This document shows, one piece after another, positions 20,172 through 29,807 of a stretch of DNA of 64,000 nt (its first letter is position 1; each line of letters begins with the position of its first letter). This DNA comes from Nitrospinales bacterium (GTDB lineage Bacteria > Nitrospinota > Nitrospinia > Nitrospinales > VA-1), in the NCBI GenBank assembly GCA_965223795.1, contig CBDCXL010000001.1, forward strand, positions 384,001 through 448,000. Direction: 5' to 3'. The notes under the pieces are model-generated. The model was not told the origin of the DNA and searched no databases. It saw nothing but the letters and a program-made list of their open reading frames with translations. The position numbers and the translations under genes were made by a program.

Positions 20172-23100
20172 ATGGCGTTTTTTTCCAAATTGATGCGCTC
20201 CTCCCGGCCGAGGGATCCGCGCTACGGCGGACAACCGCAAAGCTTCCAGTACCCTCAGGATCCTGAAGCGTTGCGGGAAGCGGGATTGACTCCTGCTGAT
20301 TCCGAGCTCGAACCCACCATCGTCGTGGAGGGGGACGAGTCGCCGTTCGTTCAGCCGCCGGAAACCGAGGTCCGTCCCGGACCGGACGCGGTGGTGACCG
20401 GAGCGGAGTACAACGAAATCGCCGGCGAACGCAACCTGGGCCGCCGTGCTTCCGATCAGATCCGGCCGCTGGTGCACAAGATCCTTTCCGGCACCAGCAT
20501 CACCGGAATCCTTTCTTCGCTGACGCGCGACCTCATCAACATTTTCCAGTGCCAGTCGGTGCAGATCTATGCGGTGGATCTCGCGCGCCGGCAGCTGGTT
20601 TCCATCACGCACGCGCTGGAACAGGAAAAGGAATTCCGTCTCGACATTTCCCCCAAGAGCCTGGCGGGATTCTGCGCGGCGACGGGGAAAACGATCAACG
20701 TCGGGGACGTGAACTCGGCCAAAGAGCTCAAGAAAATCCACGCCGACCTCAAGCACGACCAGACCTGGGAAAAGCAGGCGAAGATCCGCATCGAGTCCAT
20801 GCTGGTGACCGCCCTGCCCTTCGAAAAACGGCTGATGGGCGTGCTGGAGATCATCAACAAAAACAAGGAACAGCAGTTTACCGAATCGGACGTCCGTCAG
20901 GCCAAGGAGCTTTCCAGCACCCTGGGCCACGCGCTGGTCAAACTGGAGATCGAGCAGATCGAGGAGCAGACCCGGGCCGTGGCGCACGCGATCCACTCCG
21001 CGAAAAACGTGGACGAGATTCTGATCGAGCTGAAATCCTCCATCCAGGAGATCTTCGACGCGGGGATGCTGACCATCTATTCGGTGGATGAAAAGAAGAA
21101 CGAAATTTATTCCAAGGTGAAATCGGAAAACAGCATCAAGGAAATCCGCGTTCCCATTGCCGCCAAGAGCATCGCGGGCTGTGTCGCCAAGGAAAAAAGG
21201 CCGGTCAACCTCACCGACGTCTACAACGAGACCGAGCTGAAGAATTACCACAAGGAACTCACGTTCGACAATTCCTGGGACAAGAAAAGCGGGCTCAAGA
21301 CCAAGTCCATGCTGGTGTACCCGCTGATCCACCTGAACCGGGTGATGGGCGTGCTGCAGATCGTCAACAAGACCACGACGGACCGGTTCTCCGCCTTCGA
21401 CGAACGCAACGCCAAGATCATCGGCGACACGCTGGCGCTGGCCATGTTCAACCAGTGGAACGCCCATCAGAAAAAGCGCACCAAGTTCGGTTACCTGGTG
21501 GAAAACGGCATCATCTCCCAGGACGAGCTGAACGCGGGCATCGCCAAGGCGCGCATGAAGCGCCTCGACATCGAAGACATCCTGCTCACGGAAATGAAAC
21601 TCAAGCGCGCCGACATCGGCAAGTCGCTCGAGGCTTATTACGACATCCCCTACACCGGATACAGCGACCAGATGGTTCTGCCGGGCCATGTGTTCGCCGG
21701 GCTGAACAAAAACTACCTGGCCAAGAACAACTGGGTGCCCTTGAAGAACGACCCCACCCACGCGCTCATCCTCATCGACGACCCGTCCAACCAGGACAAG
21801 ATCGCCAGCATCAAGATGATCTTTCCGAAAAAGTCGGTGGAATTCCAGATCGGCCTGAAGGCGGACATCCGGGATTTTCTCAATTCCAATCTCTCGGACG
21901 ACGGTCCTGCCGACGTGCAGGAGGAAGCGCCGGTCAGCAGTGAGGAGGTGTCCAGCCTGCTCAACGCGCTGGTGGACGAACAGCGCGACGACACCGTTAT
22001 CGAACTGGGCGCAACCTCGGACGACGCGGTCACGGCGATCAGCGAAACCGACAGCACGATCGTGCGGCTGGTGAACAAGATCCTGACCGACGCCTACGAC
22101 CAGGGAATCTCGGACATCCATCTGGAACCGGGAACCGGCAAGAAAGACGTCAAAGTGCGTTTCCGCAAGGACGGCTCCTGCCGGGTGTACCAGCAGATTC
22201 CCTTTATGTACAAACAGGCGATCATCTCGCGCATCAAGATCATGTCGCGGCTGGACATCGCGGAAAAACGGATGCCGCAGGACGGCAAGATCAAGATGCG
22301 CTACGGCAAAAAGGAAATCGAGTTCCGCGTCGCCACCTGCCCGACCGTCGGCGGCAACGAAGACGCGGTGCTGCGTATTCTCTCTTCCAGCAAGCCCATC
22401 CCGCTCTCGAAGATGGGCTTCCTCGATGAAAACCTCAAGGTGCTGGAAGAGATGGTCGCCAAGCCCTACGGGCTGATCCTGGTCGTGGGACCCACGGGTT
22501 CGGGTAAAACCACGACTCTGCATTCCTGCCTCGCGCTGATCAACAACGACGAACGGAAAATCTGGACCGCCGAGGACCCGGTGGAAATCACTCAGGAGGG
22601 GCTCCGGCAGGTGCAGATGCAGGATAAGATCGGCCTGACGTTCGCCCGCGCCATGCGCTCGTTTCTGCGCGGCGACCCGGACGTCATCATGGTGGGTGAG
22701 ATGCGCGACACGGAAACGGCCGCGATCGGCCTGGAAGCTTCGCTGACCGGCCATCTGGTGTTCAGCACGCTGCACACCAACTCGGCGCCGGAAACCATCA
22801 CACGCCTGCTCGATATGGGCATGAACCCGCTCAACTTTTCCGACGCCCTTCTGGTGATCGTGGCGCAACGCCTGGTCAAAACTCTCTGCAAGAACTGCAA
22901 GGAACCGTACACGCCGAGCAAGGAGGAATTCGAAGTCCTGGTGCGGGAATACGGCGTGAAGGATTTTCAGAAACTGGGCATCAAGTTGAGCAAGGATCTG
23001 AAACTGTACAAGCCCAAGGGGTGCTCCGCCTGCGGCAACACAGGCTACGCCGGCCGCATGGGCGTTCACGAGGTGCTGAGCGGCACCGATGAGATGAAAC

Positions 23101-23246
23101 GCATGGTCATGCGTTCGGCCATGGTGGATGAAATCCGCAAGCAGGCGATGGCCGACGGCATGTTCACCCTGAAGCAGGACGGCATTCAGAAGATCTTTCA
23201 GGGCCACTGCGACATCAAGCAGGTGCAGTCGGTGTGCGTGGTCTGA
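20172..23246 (+). CDS. GspE/PilB family ATPase with two N-terminal GAF domains and an MshEN-like domain
   Basis: Two GAF repeats with NK..F...D(E) motifs, Walker A GPTGSGKTTT, Walker B PDVIMVGEMRD, GHLVFSTLHTN His box, CxxC...CxxC. Confidence 0.92.
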   Translation: MAFFSKLMRSSRPRDPRYGGQPQSFQYPQDPEALREAGLTPADSELEPTIVVEGDESPFVQPPETEVRPGPDAVVTGAEYNEIAGERNLGRRASDQIRPLVHKILSGTSITGILSSLTRDLINIFQCQSVQIYAVDLARRQLVSITHALEQEKEFRLDISPKSLAGFCAATGKTINVGDVNSAKELKKIHADLKHDQTWEKQAKIRIESMLVTALPFEKRLMGVLEIINKNKEQQFTESDVRQAKELSSTLGHALVKLEIEQIEEQTRAVAHAIHSAKNVDEILIELKSSIQEIFDAGMLTIYSVDEKKNEIYSKVKSENSIKEIRVPIAAKSIAGCVAKEKRPVNLTDVYNETELKNYHKELTFDNSWDKKSGLKTKSMLVYPLIHLNRVMGVLQIVNKTTTDRFSAFDERNAKIIGDTLALAMFNQWNAHQKKRTKFGYLVENGIISQDELNAGIAKARMKRLDIEDILLTEMKLKRADIGKSLEAYYDIPYTGYSDQMVLPGHVFAGLNKNYLAKNNWVPLKNDPTHALILIDDPSNQDKIASIKMIFPKKSVEFQIGLKADIRDFLNSNLSDDGPADVQEEAPVSSEEVSSLLNALVDEQRDDTVIELGATSDDAVTAISETDSTIVRLVNKILTDAYDQGISDIHLEPGTGKKDVKVRFRKDGSCRVYQQIPFMYKQAIISRIKIMSRLDIAEKRMPQDGKIKMRYGKKEIEFRVATCPTVGGNEDAVLRILSSSKPIPLSKMGFLDENLKVLEEMVAKPYGLILVVGPTGSGKTTTLHSCLALINNDERKIWTAEDPVEITQEGLRQVQMQDKIGLTFARAMRSFLRGDPDVIMVGEMRDTETAAIGLEASLTGHLVFSTLHTNSAPETITRLLDMGMNPLNFSDALLVIVAQRLVKTLCKNCKEPYTPSKEEFEVLVREYGVKDFQKLGIKLSKDLKLYKPKGCSACGNTGYAGRMGVHEVLSGTDEMKRMVMRSAMVDEIRKQAMADGMFTLKQDGIQKIFQGHCDIKQVQSVCVV

Positions 23247-23362
23247 CCCGGTGCGAAGCGCGGCGTCCGGCATTCGTATAAAATAAATTTTACTTCAATG
23301 CGCGCTATTCATTATGTTGGATTCGGAACGGGATGGCTTTTTGAGGAACTTCAGGTAACGCG

Positions 23363-26266
23363 ATGAACTCGACGCACGATCATTTAGGCAGGGATCCGGG
23401 GGAAGATCCGTCCAAGGTGATCCTGGCGAAAGTCCAGGGCACGAAAGACATAGAGGGAATCCTTCCGTCCCTGATCGAGGACCTCAAGGAGCTGTTCGAC
23501 TGCGAGGCGGTGTCCCTGTTTGCGCTCGACCGCAAGAACCGCCAGCTTTTCTCGCGCAACCTGGTGTCGGACATCCTTTCGGAAATCCGGGTGGACATTT
23601 CCATCAAGAATCTCGCGGGTTTCGTGGCGGCGACGGGAAAATCCCTGAATATCCGGGACGCCTACGACGAGGACGAACTCACGCAGTACCATCCGCAGCT
23701 CGCGCACGGGTCGACGCTGGATAAAATCCTGGATTTCAAAACCCGATCCATCCTGGTTCTGCCGCTGCCATTCAACCGCAAACTGATCGGCGTGGTGGAA
23801 GTCATCAACAAGCGCAACGACGACGGTTTTTCGGAACTGGACATGAAGCGGGCGCGCGATCTGTCGCCGGTTTTGGGGCTGATCCTGATGAAACTGGAAC
23901 GGCAGAAAGCCAAAGTGGAAGCCGAGCCGGGTCCGGCGCCCGGCCCCACAGCGGTTGAAAACGGTGCGAAATCGGAATCTCCTGAAGAGAGGCTGCACAA
24001 ACTTTCCCAGTCCATCCACGCGGCCAAGGACGTCGACGAGATCCTGATCGATCTCAAGGAATCGCTGATCGACATTTTCAATGTGGAAATGGTCACGCTG
24101 TACGCGGTGGACTCGCACAAGAACGAAATTTTTTCGAAAATGAAATCCGGAGACGGCATCGCTGAAATCCGGGTTCCCATTTCCCCGCAGAGCATTTCCG
24201 GCTGGGTCGCCATGGAGCAGACCCTGGTGTGCGTCGAGGACGTCTACAACGACGATGAGTTGAAAAAATACCATCCGGACCTGACGTTCGACGACTCCTG
24301 GGACAAACAGTCCGGACAGCGGACCCGTTCGATGCTGGTGTGCCCGATGGTGCAGAACGGCCAGTTGATGGGCGTCCTGCAGCTCATCAACAAAAAACAG
24401 GGCGGGACGTTTTCGGCACGGGATGAAAAACTCGCCAACATCATGGCGGAAACGCTGGCCCTGGCGTTCAACAACCAGAAAAAATTCGTTCAGCAAAAAC
24501 CGACCAAGTTCAGTTACATCCTGAACAACGGCATCATCAGCGAAGAGGAGCTTTCCACCGCCATCACCCAGGCCCGGAAAAATCAGGTCGATATCGAGGC
24601 CATCCTGTTGGGCAATGTCGGCCTGTCGCGCAAGGAACTGGGGCAATCGCTGGAGAATTTTTACGGCATCCCCTACTACGGCTACCACGACTCGATCATC
24701 CTGCCGAGTGAGGTGCTCGCGGGTCTGAACAAGAACTTTCTCGCCAAGAACCACTGGATTCCGATCCAGAACGACAGCGAGAAAGTCGTCATACTGGCAA
24801 ACGATCCGTCCAACCCGGACAAGCTGCAGAACATCAAGCAGATTTTCCCGAAAAAGGAACTCGAGTTCAAAGTCGGCCTGAAAGCGGACGTCCTCGACTT
24901 TCTCAACTCCATCACCGGCGACATCGATCACAACAGCAAGGTCGAAGACGACCCGGTCAGGCCGGAAGAAATGTCCAGCCTCCTCAGCGCGCTCATGGAC
25001 GAGACGGAAAAGGAGGTGGTCGACACCCAGGACGACGATGACGAAGCCAATGCGATCAGCGAGACGGACAGCACCATCGTCCGTCTGGTGAACAAAGTTC
25101 TCATCGACGCGTATGAACGCGGCGTGTCCGACATTCACATCGAGCCGGGAATCGGAAAAGAAAAGGTGACGGTGCGCTTCCGCAAGGACGGTGAGTGCAT
25201 GAATTATGAAACCATCCCCTCTTTGTACAAGCAGGCGATCATTTCCCGCATCAAGATCATGTCGCGCCTGGATATCGCCGAACGGCGCATGCCGCAGGAC
25301 GGCAAGATCAAAATGCGTTACGGCCGCAAAGAGATCGAGTTCCGCGTCGCCACCTGCCCGACGGTGGGCGGCAACGAGGACGCGGTGCTGCGTATCCTGG
25401 CGCAGAGCAAGCCGATCCCGCTGGATCAGATGAACCTGAGCGACCGCAATCTTGAGCGCATCCAGGAAAAATCGATCAAACCCTACGGCCTGATCCTGGT
25501 CGTCGGACCGACCGGCTCGGGTAAAACCACGACGCTGCATTCCTGCCTGGGGCACATCAACACGCCGAGCAAGAAGATCTGGACCGCAGAGGATCCGGTT
25601 GAGATCACGCAGAAAGGACTGCGGCAGGTGCAGATGCTGGACAAAATCGGCCTGAACTTCGCCCGCGCCATGCGTTCGTTTTTGCGCGGCGACCCGGACG
25701 TCATCATGGTGGGTGAGATGCGCGACACGGAAACGGCTTCGATCGGCCTGGAAGCCTCGCTGACCGGCCATCTGGTGTTCAGCACGCTGCACACCAACTC
25801 GGCGCCGGAAACCATTGTGCGTCTTCTGGATATGGGCATGAACCCGCTCAACTTCGCCGACGCTCTGCTGCTGATCGTCGCGCAAAGGCTGGTCCGCACG
25901 TTGTGCAAGGAATGCAAGGAGGACTACAATCCCTCGAAAGAGGAATTTGACACGCTGGTGCAGGAATACGGAGGGGAAGAAGCGTTCTCCAGCACCGGCA
26001 TCCAGTATTCCGACGATCTCTTGCTGAAAAAACCTGTGGGCTGCCAGGTTTGCGGAGACAGCGGTTACGCCGGCCGGACCGCCCTGCATGAAGTACTGGA
26101 CGGCAGCCAGCAAATGAAACGCCTCATCATGAAATCCGCCATGGTGGAGGAACTGCGCGAGCAGGCGATCCTCGACGGCATGACCACCCTGAAGCAGGAC
26201 GGGATTGAAAAGATCTTCAAAGGCCACTGCGATCTCAAATCCGTTCTCTCTGTCTGCATTGTGTGA
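23363..26266 (+). CDS. GspE/PilB family ATPase with two GAF domains and an MshEN-like domain (paralog 2)
   Basis: Same architecture and intact catalytic motifs as 20172..23246. Confidence 0.92.
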   Translation: MNSTHDHLGRDPGEDPSKVILAKVQGTKDIEGILPSLIEDLKELFDCEAVSLFALDRKNRQLFSRNLVSDILSEIRVDISIKNLAGFVAATGKSLNIRDAYDEDELTQYHPQLAHGSTLDKILDFKTRSILVLPLPFNRKLIGVVEVINKRNDDGFSELDMKRARDLSPVLGLILMKLERQKAKVEAEPGPAPGPTAVENGAKSESPEERLHKLSQSIHAAKDVDEILIDLKESLIDIFNVEMVTLYAVDSHKNEIFSKMKSGDGIAEIRVPISPQSISGWVAMEQTLVCVEDVYNDDELKKYHPDLTFDDSWDKQSGQRTRSMLVCPMVQNGQLMGVLQLINKKQGGTFSARDEKLANIMAETLALAFNNQKKFVQQKPTKFSYILNNGIISEEELSTAITQARKNQVDIEAILLGNVGLSRKELGQSLENFYGIPYYGYHDSIILPSEVLAGLNKNFLAKNHWIPIQNDSEKVVILANDPSNPDKLQNIKQIFPKKELEFKVGLKADVLDFLNSITGDIDHNSKVEDDPVRPEEMSSLLSALMDETEKEVVDTQDDDDEANAISETDSTIVRLVNKVLIDAYERGVSDIHIEPGIGKEKVTVRFRKDGECMNYETIPSLYKQAIISRIKIMSRLDIAERRMPQDGKIKMRYGRKEIEFRVATCPTVGGNEDAVLRILAQSKPIPLDQMNLSDRNLERIQEKSIKPYGLILVVGPTGSGKTTTLHSCLGHINTPSKKIWTAEDPVEITQKGLRQVQMLDKIGLNFARAMRSFLRGDPDVIMVGEMRDTETASIGLEASLTGHLVFSTLHTNSAPETIVRLLDMGMNPLNFADALLLIVAQRLVRTLCKECKEDYNPSKEEFDTLVQEYGGEEAFSSTGIQYSDDLLLKKPVGCQVCGDSGYAGRTALHEVLDGSQQMKRLIMKSAMVEELREQAILDGMTTLKQDGIEKIFKGHCDLKSVLSVCIV

Positions 26267-26401
26267 CCCTCCCCTTTTATTCAGGTTTCGATTCTAAAAA
26301 TTTACCGCGGTTTGTAACCGGTTCACACACACTTGTTGTGCCCCCATATCTTTTAAGATTTAAAAAACACGATCGAAAGTCCCCGCTTTACACCTGCATT
26401 G

Positions 26402-26417
26402 TGTGACCCGCCTCACA
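26402..26417. promoter_or_regulatory. CRP-family binding site
   Basis: TGTGA-CCCGCC-TCACA, a perfect TGTGA-N6-TCACA. Confidence 0.7.
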
Positions 26418-26471
26418 GACTTCCGTTAAAAAATCTTCAAAACCTTTTTTTCTTTTCTTTTATTTTGTTTC

Positions 26472-26487
26472 TGTGATTTGCCTCACA
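26472..26487. promoter_or_regulatory. CRP-family binding site
   Basis: TGTGA-TTTGCC-TCACA, a perfect TGTGA-N6-TCACA, 70 bp from the first. Confidence 0.7.
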
Positions 26488-26676
26488 ACTTTTTCAAAGA
26501 AAAAGTTTTATTTTTATTTTTTACTCCTTTTTATTTTTCACAAACTGTAATTTTTGTGATACATTTTTCCAATAACTGCAAAAAATTCAGGCTTCGACGT
26601 TCTTTAAAACGTTAGGACCTTTTAAAACCGTCCTTTCCTAACAGCGCGCATTTCAAGGTTTGCATTTTATTTCAAA

Positions 26677-29592
26677 ATGGGAAATCCAAATCATTCCGCA
26701 TCTTTGAAAAACGAAATGGCCGACGAAACGATCAGCCTGGAATCTCTTTCCGCTCAGGCAAAAAGCATCGAACTCAACGAGTCCTCATTGAGTTCACTCA
26801 CGGACAACCTCAAACGGATTTTTGAATGCGAGGCGGCGACTTTGTTCGCCTACGACCGGTCGACACGAGAACTCTACTCGCGCAATTTCCGCTCGCACGG
26901 CATCGATGAAATCCGGGTCGACATTTCCGTGAACAACCTGGCCGGTTTCGTGGCCGCCACCGGAAAGCCTCTGAACATCCGCAACGTGCATTCGAAGGAA
27001 GAACTGTCCCGCTACCATCAGGACCTGAGCTACGACGACGTGTGGGACAAGAAAATCAACTTCCTCACCCGATCCATGATGATCATTCCGCTGCCGCACC
27101 AGAACAAGCTGGTCGGCGTCATGGAAATCATCAACAAACACGAAGGCGAACCGTTTCCGGAAGAGGATTTCGTCAAGGCGAAGGCCATTTCCTCGGTGAT
27201 GGGGCTGGCGCTGGTACGGCTGGAAGATCAGGAAAACAAAAGCACTCAACGGCTCCGGCAGACGGTCGACCGCGAGGACAAACTGCGGAATCTGTCACAG
27301 GCGATCCATTCCGCCCAAAATCTCAATGAAATCTGGACGGGCCTGACCGGTCCGATCAAGGACGTGTTCGACTGCGAAGCGGCCACCATCTACCTGGCGG
27401 ACGGCAAGCACCGGGAGATCGTGACGCGGGTTTCCGCCGGGGGGGAACCGGTTGAGATCCGGCTTCCCGTCGGCACCACGAGCGTTGCGGGTTTCTCCGC
27501 CGCGGAACAGAGACTGGTCAACGTCCGCAATGTACACGATCACAACGAACTGGGAAGATTCCATCCCGATCTCGCTTTCGACGCCGGCTGGGATGAAAAA
27601 ACCGGAATGCGCACCCGCTCCCTGCTCACGATTTCCCTGACCCACAAAAACCAGCTCATGGGAGTGCTGCAACTGGTGAACAAGGAGGACGGGTTCACCG
27701 CTCTGGATGAAAACAACGCATTCCTGATTGCCGATACGCTGGCGCTGGCGCTGCACAACCTGAGAAAAGCAGCGCAGCAATCCAAACCGACAAAATTCGG
27801 CTTCCTGATCGAAAATGGCTTTCTTACAGAAGAGGAGTTGACCCTGACTATGGCCAAATCGAGAAAAACCGGGAAAGAAGTAGAAGATTTACTGGTGAAG
27901 GATCTATACCTGCGTTCCCTGGACATCGGGAAGTCTCTGGAAAAGTTTTACAAGGTTCCTTATACGGGCTACGACGAATCGATCGCGCTGCCGGATCCCG
28001 AATCTCTCGGTCTGAACATCGAAACCCTGAAAAATCAGAACTGGGTGCCGCTGAGATACGATGACTCCGGCATGGTCGTGCTGATCCACGATCCCTCGGA
28101 CGACAAGCGCGTGCACGACATTCAGTCCATGTTTCCGCGCCAGCGCATCGAGTTTCGGGTCGGGCTGAAAGCGGACATCCACCGTTACATCGATTCCTTT
28201 TTCGGGGTCGAGGACGCCCCGGAGGAAACCGAGGAAGAAACCGCAACCGACAACAGAGAGGAAGAGCTTGTGAACGAAGAATACGATCTCGTCGTGGACC
28301 TGGAAGAAAAGGAAATCGCCCCCGAACCGGAACCGCAGGCGGAACCGGAAGAACAGCCTCCCGCACGGGAGACCTCGATCGCCAAGGCGACGATCAAGCT
28401 GTTCAACGACATGATCGGCATTTCGGCCAAGCAGGACGTAACCGATATCCACATCGAACCGGGCATGGAAGGCAAGGACACCATCGTGCGGCTCCGCAAA
28501 GACGGCGCCTGCCGGGTGTTCGACGAAATCCCCTCGGCGTTCCAGAGGTCTTTGATCACCCACATCAAAAAACTGGCGAACCTCGACATGTCCGTCACCA
28601 AGCTGCCGCAGAACGGCAAGTTCGAATGGACGGATAAAAACTGCAAGTTTCTCTGCGAGGCGGTGATCTTCCCGACCATCGGCGATCTGGAAGACGCCAT
28701 GCTCAAGATCACGCCGCTCGGGAAGCCGCTGCCAACGTTCCTGCCTTTGTCGAAGCTGCATTTTTCCGATCCCAACCTGGACAAGATCCTGTCCCGCATC
28801 GCCTCCCCCAAGGGGCTGGTGCTGGTTTCCGGGCCGGCGGGCAAAGGCAAGACGACGACCCTGCACTCGCTGCTGGGGCAGATCAATTCCGATGAGAAAA
28901 AGATCGTCACCGCGGAAGATCCGGTGGAAATCGTGCAACCCGGACTGCGGCAGATCCAGGTCAACAACGAAGTCGGCCTCAATTACTCCTGCGCCCTCGA
29001 CACGTTTTTGATGGGCAACCCGGATGTGATCGCCGTCGGCCAGATCGACTCGGAGGAAACCCTGAAAGACTGCCTGCAGGCGGGCAAGGATCACCTGGTG
29101 ATGACCACGCTCAACGCCAATTCCTGCATCGACGCGCTGCGCACTCTGAGGGAAATGAACGTGGAGCAGGAACAGCTTGCGGACTCGCTGCTGCTGATCG
29201 TGTCGCAGAAACTGGTGCCGAGCCTGTGCGAGCATTGCAAGGAGGATTACCATCCGACGCAGGAAGAGTTTGACACGCTGAAAAAATTCTACGGGGAACT
29301 GTACTTCCCGGAACTGGGCATTCAATACAATGAGGATCTGAAACTGAAGAAAGCGGCGGGATGCAAAAAATGCATTTTCACCGGCTACTCGGATCAGATC
29401 GCCCTGCAGGAAGTGCTGGAACGCACTCCCGAATTGAACCGGATGATCGCCGGCAAGGCGTCGATCGAGGAAATCCGCAACCAGGCCATCAAAGACGGCA
29501 TGGTGACTCTGAACCAGGATGGTATTTACAAAATTTTCAACGGAATCTGCGATTTCAAGAAAATTCAGGAAGCCTTCCTGCCCTCGATGTGA
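26677..29592 (+). CDS. GAF-GAF-GspE/PilB family protein with degenerate ATPase motifs (paralog 3)
   Basis: Same domain order, but Walker A GPAGKGKTTT, Walker B PDVIAVGQID (E to Q) and His box HLVMTTLNANS. Confidence 0.88.
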   Translation: MGNPNHSASLKNEMADETISLESLSAQAKSIELNESSLSSLTDNLKRIFECEAATLFAYDRSTRELYSRNFRSHGIDEIRVDISVNNLAGFVAATGKPLNIRNVHSKEELSRYHQDLSYDDVWDKKINFLTRSMMIIPLPHQNKLVGVMEIINKHEGEPFPEEDFVKAKAISSVMGLALVRLEDQENKSTQRLRQTVDREDKLRNLSQAIHSAQNLNEIWTGLTGPIKDVFDCEAATIYLADGKHREIVTRVSAGGEPVEIRLPVGTTSVAGFSAAEQRLVNVRNVHDHNELGRFHPDLAFDAGWDEKTGMRTRSLLTISLTHKNQLMGVLQLVNKEDGFTALDENNAFLIADTLALALHNLRKAAQQSKPTKFGFLIENGFLTEEELTLTMAKSRKTGKEVEDLLVKDLYLRSLDIGKSLEKFYKVPYTGYDESIALPDPESLGLNIETLKNQNWVPLRYDDSGMVVLIHDPSDDKRVHDIQSMFPRQRIEFRVGLKADIHRYIDSFFGVEDAPEETEEETATDNREEELVNEEYDLVVDLEEKEIAPEPEPQAEPEEQPPARETSIAKATIKLFNDMIGISAKQDVTDIHIEPGMEGKDTIVRLRKDGACRVFDEIPSAFQRSLITHIKKLANLDMSVTKLPQNGKFEWTDKNCKFLCEAVIFPTIGDLEDAMLKITPLGKPLPTFLPLSKLHFSDPNLDKILSRIASPKGLVLVSGPAGKGKTTTLHSLLGQINSDEKKIVTAEDPVEIVQPGLRQIQVNNEVGLNYSCALDTFLMGNPDVIAVGQIDSEETLKDCLQAGKDHLVMTTLNANSCIDALRTLREMNVEQEQLADSLLLIVSQKLVPSLCEHCKEDYHPTQEEFDTLKKFYGELYFPELGIQYNEDLKLKKAAGCKKCIFTGYSDQIALQEVLERTPELNRMIAGKASIEEIRNQAIKDGMVTLNQDGIYKIFNGICDFKKIQEAFLPSM

Positions 29593-29807
29593 TTTTGAGA
29601 CCCACTGTAAATTCTCCGGCAGCGCTCATGCTGTGATGTGAGCGCTGCATGGGCTTCGTGTTTGTTTTTTCTTTACCCTCCTCTGTAATCAGCAATCATC
29701 CTCTCCTTTGTAAAAAATAATAATTCTATTTATAAATTAGACGTTCTTTATAGGCATGCCGACATCAATTTCTGGTAAAATTTCAGAATACTTGCTTGAG
29801 GAGGCCT

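Noticed and set aside
20157..26227. Very long antisense ORFs (1038 aa and 947 aa; also 40050..42254 and 42320..44893)
   Set aside because: Shadow frames of GC-biased genes on the opposite strand, with no recognisable motifs.
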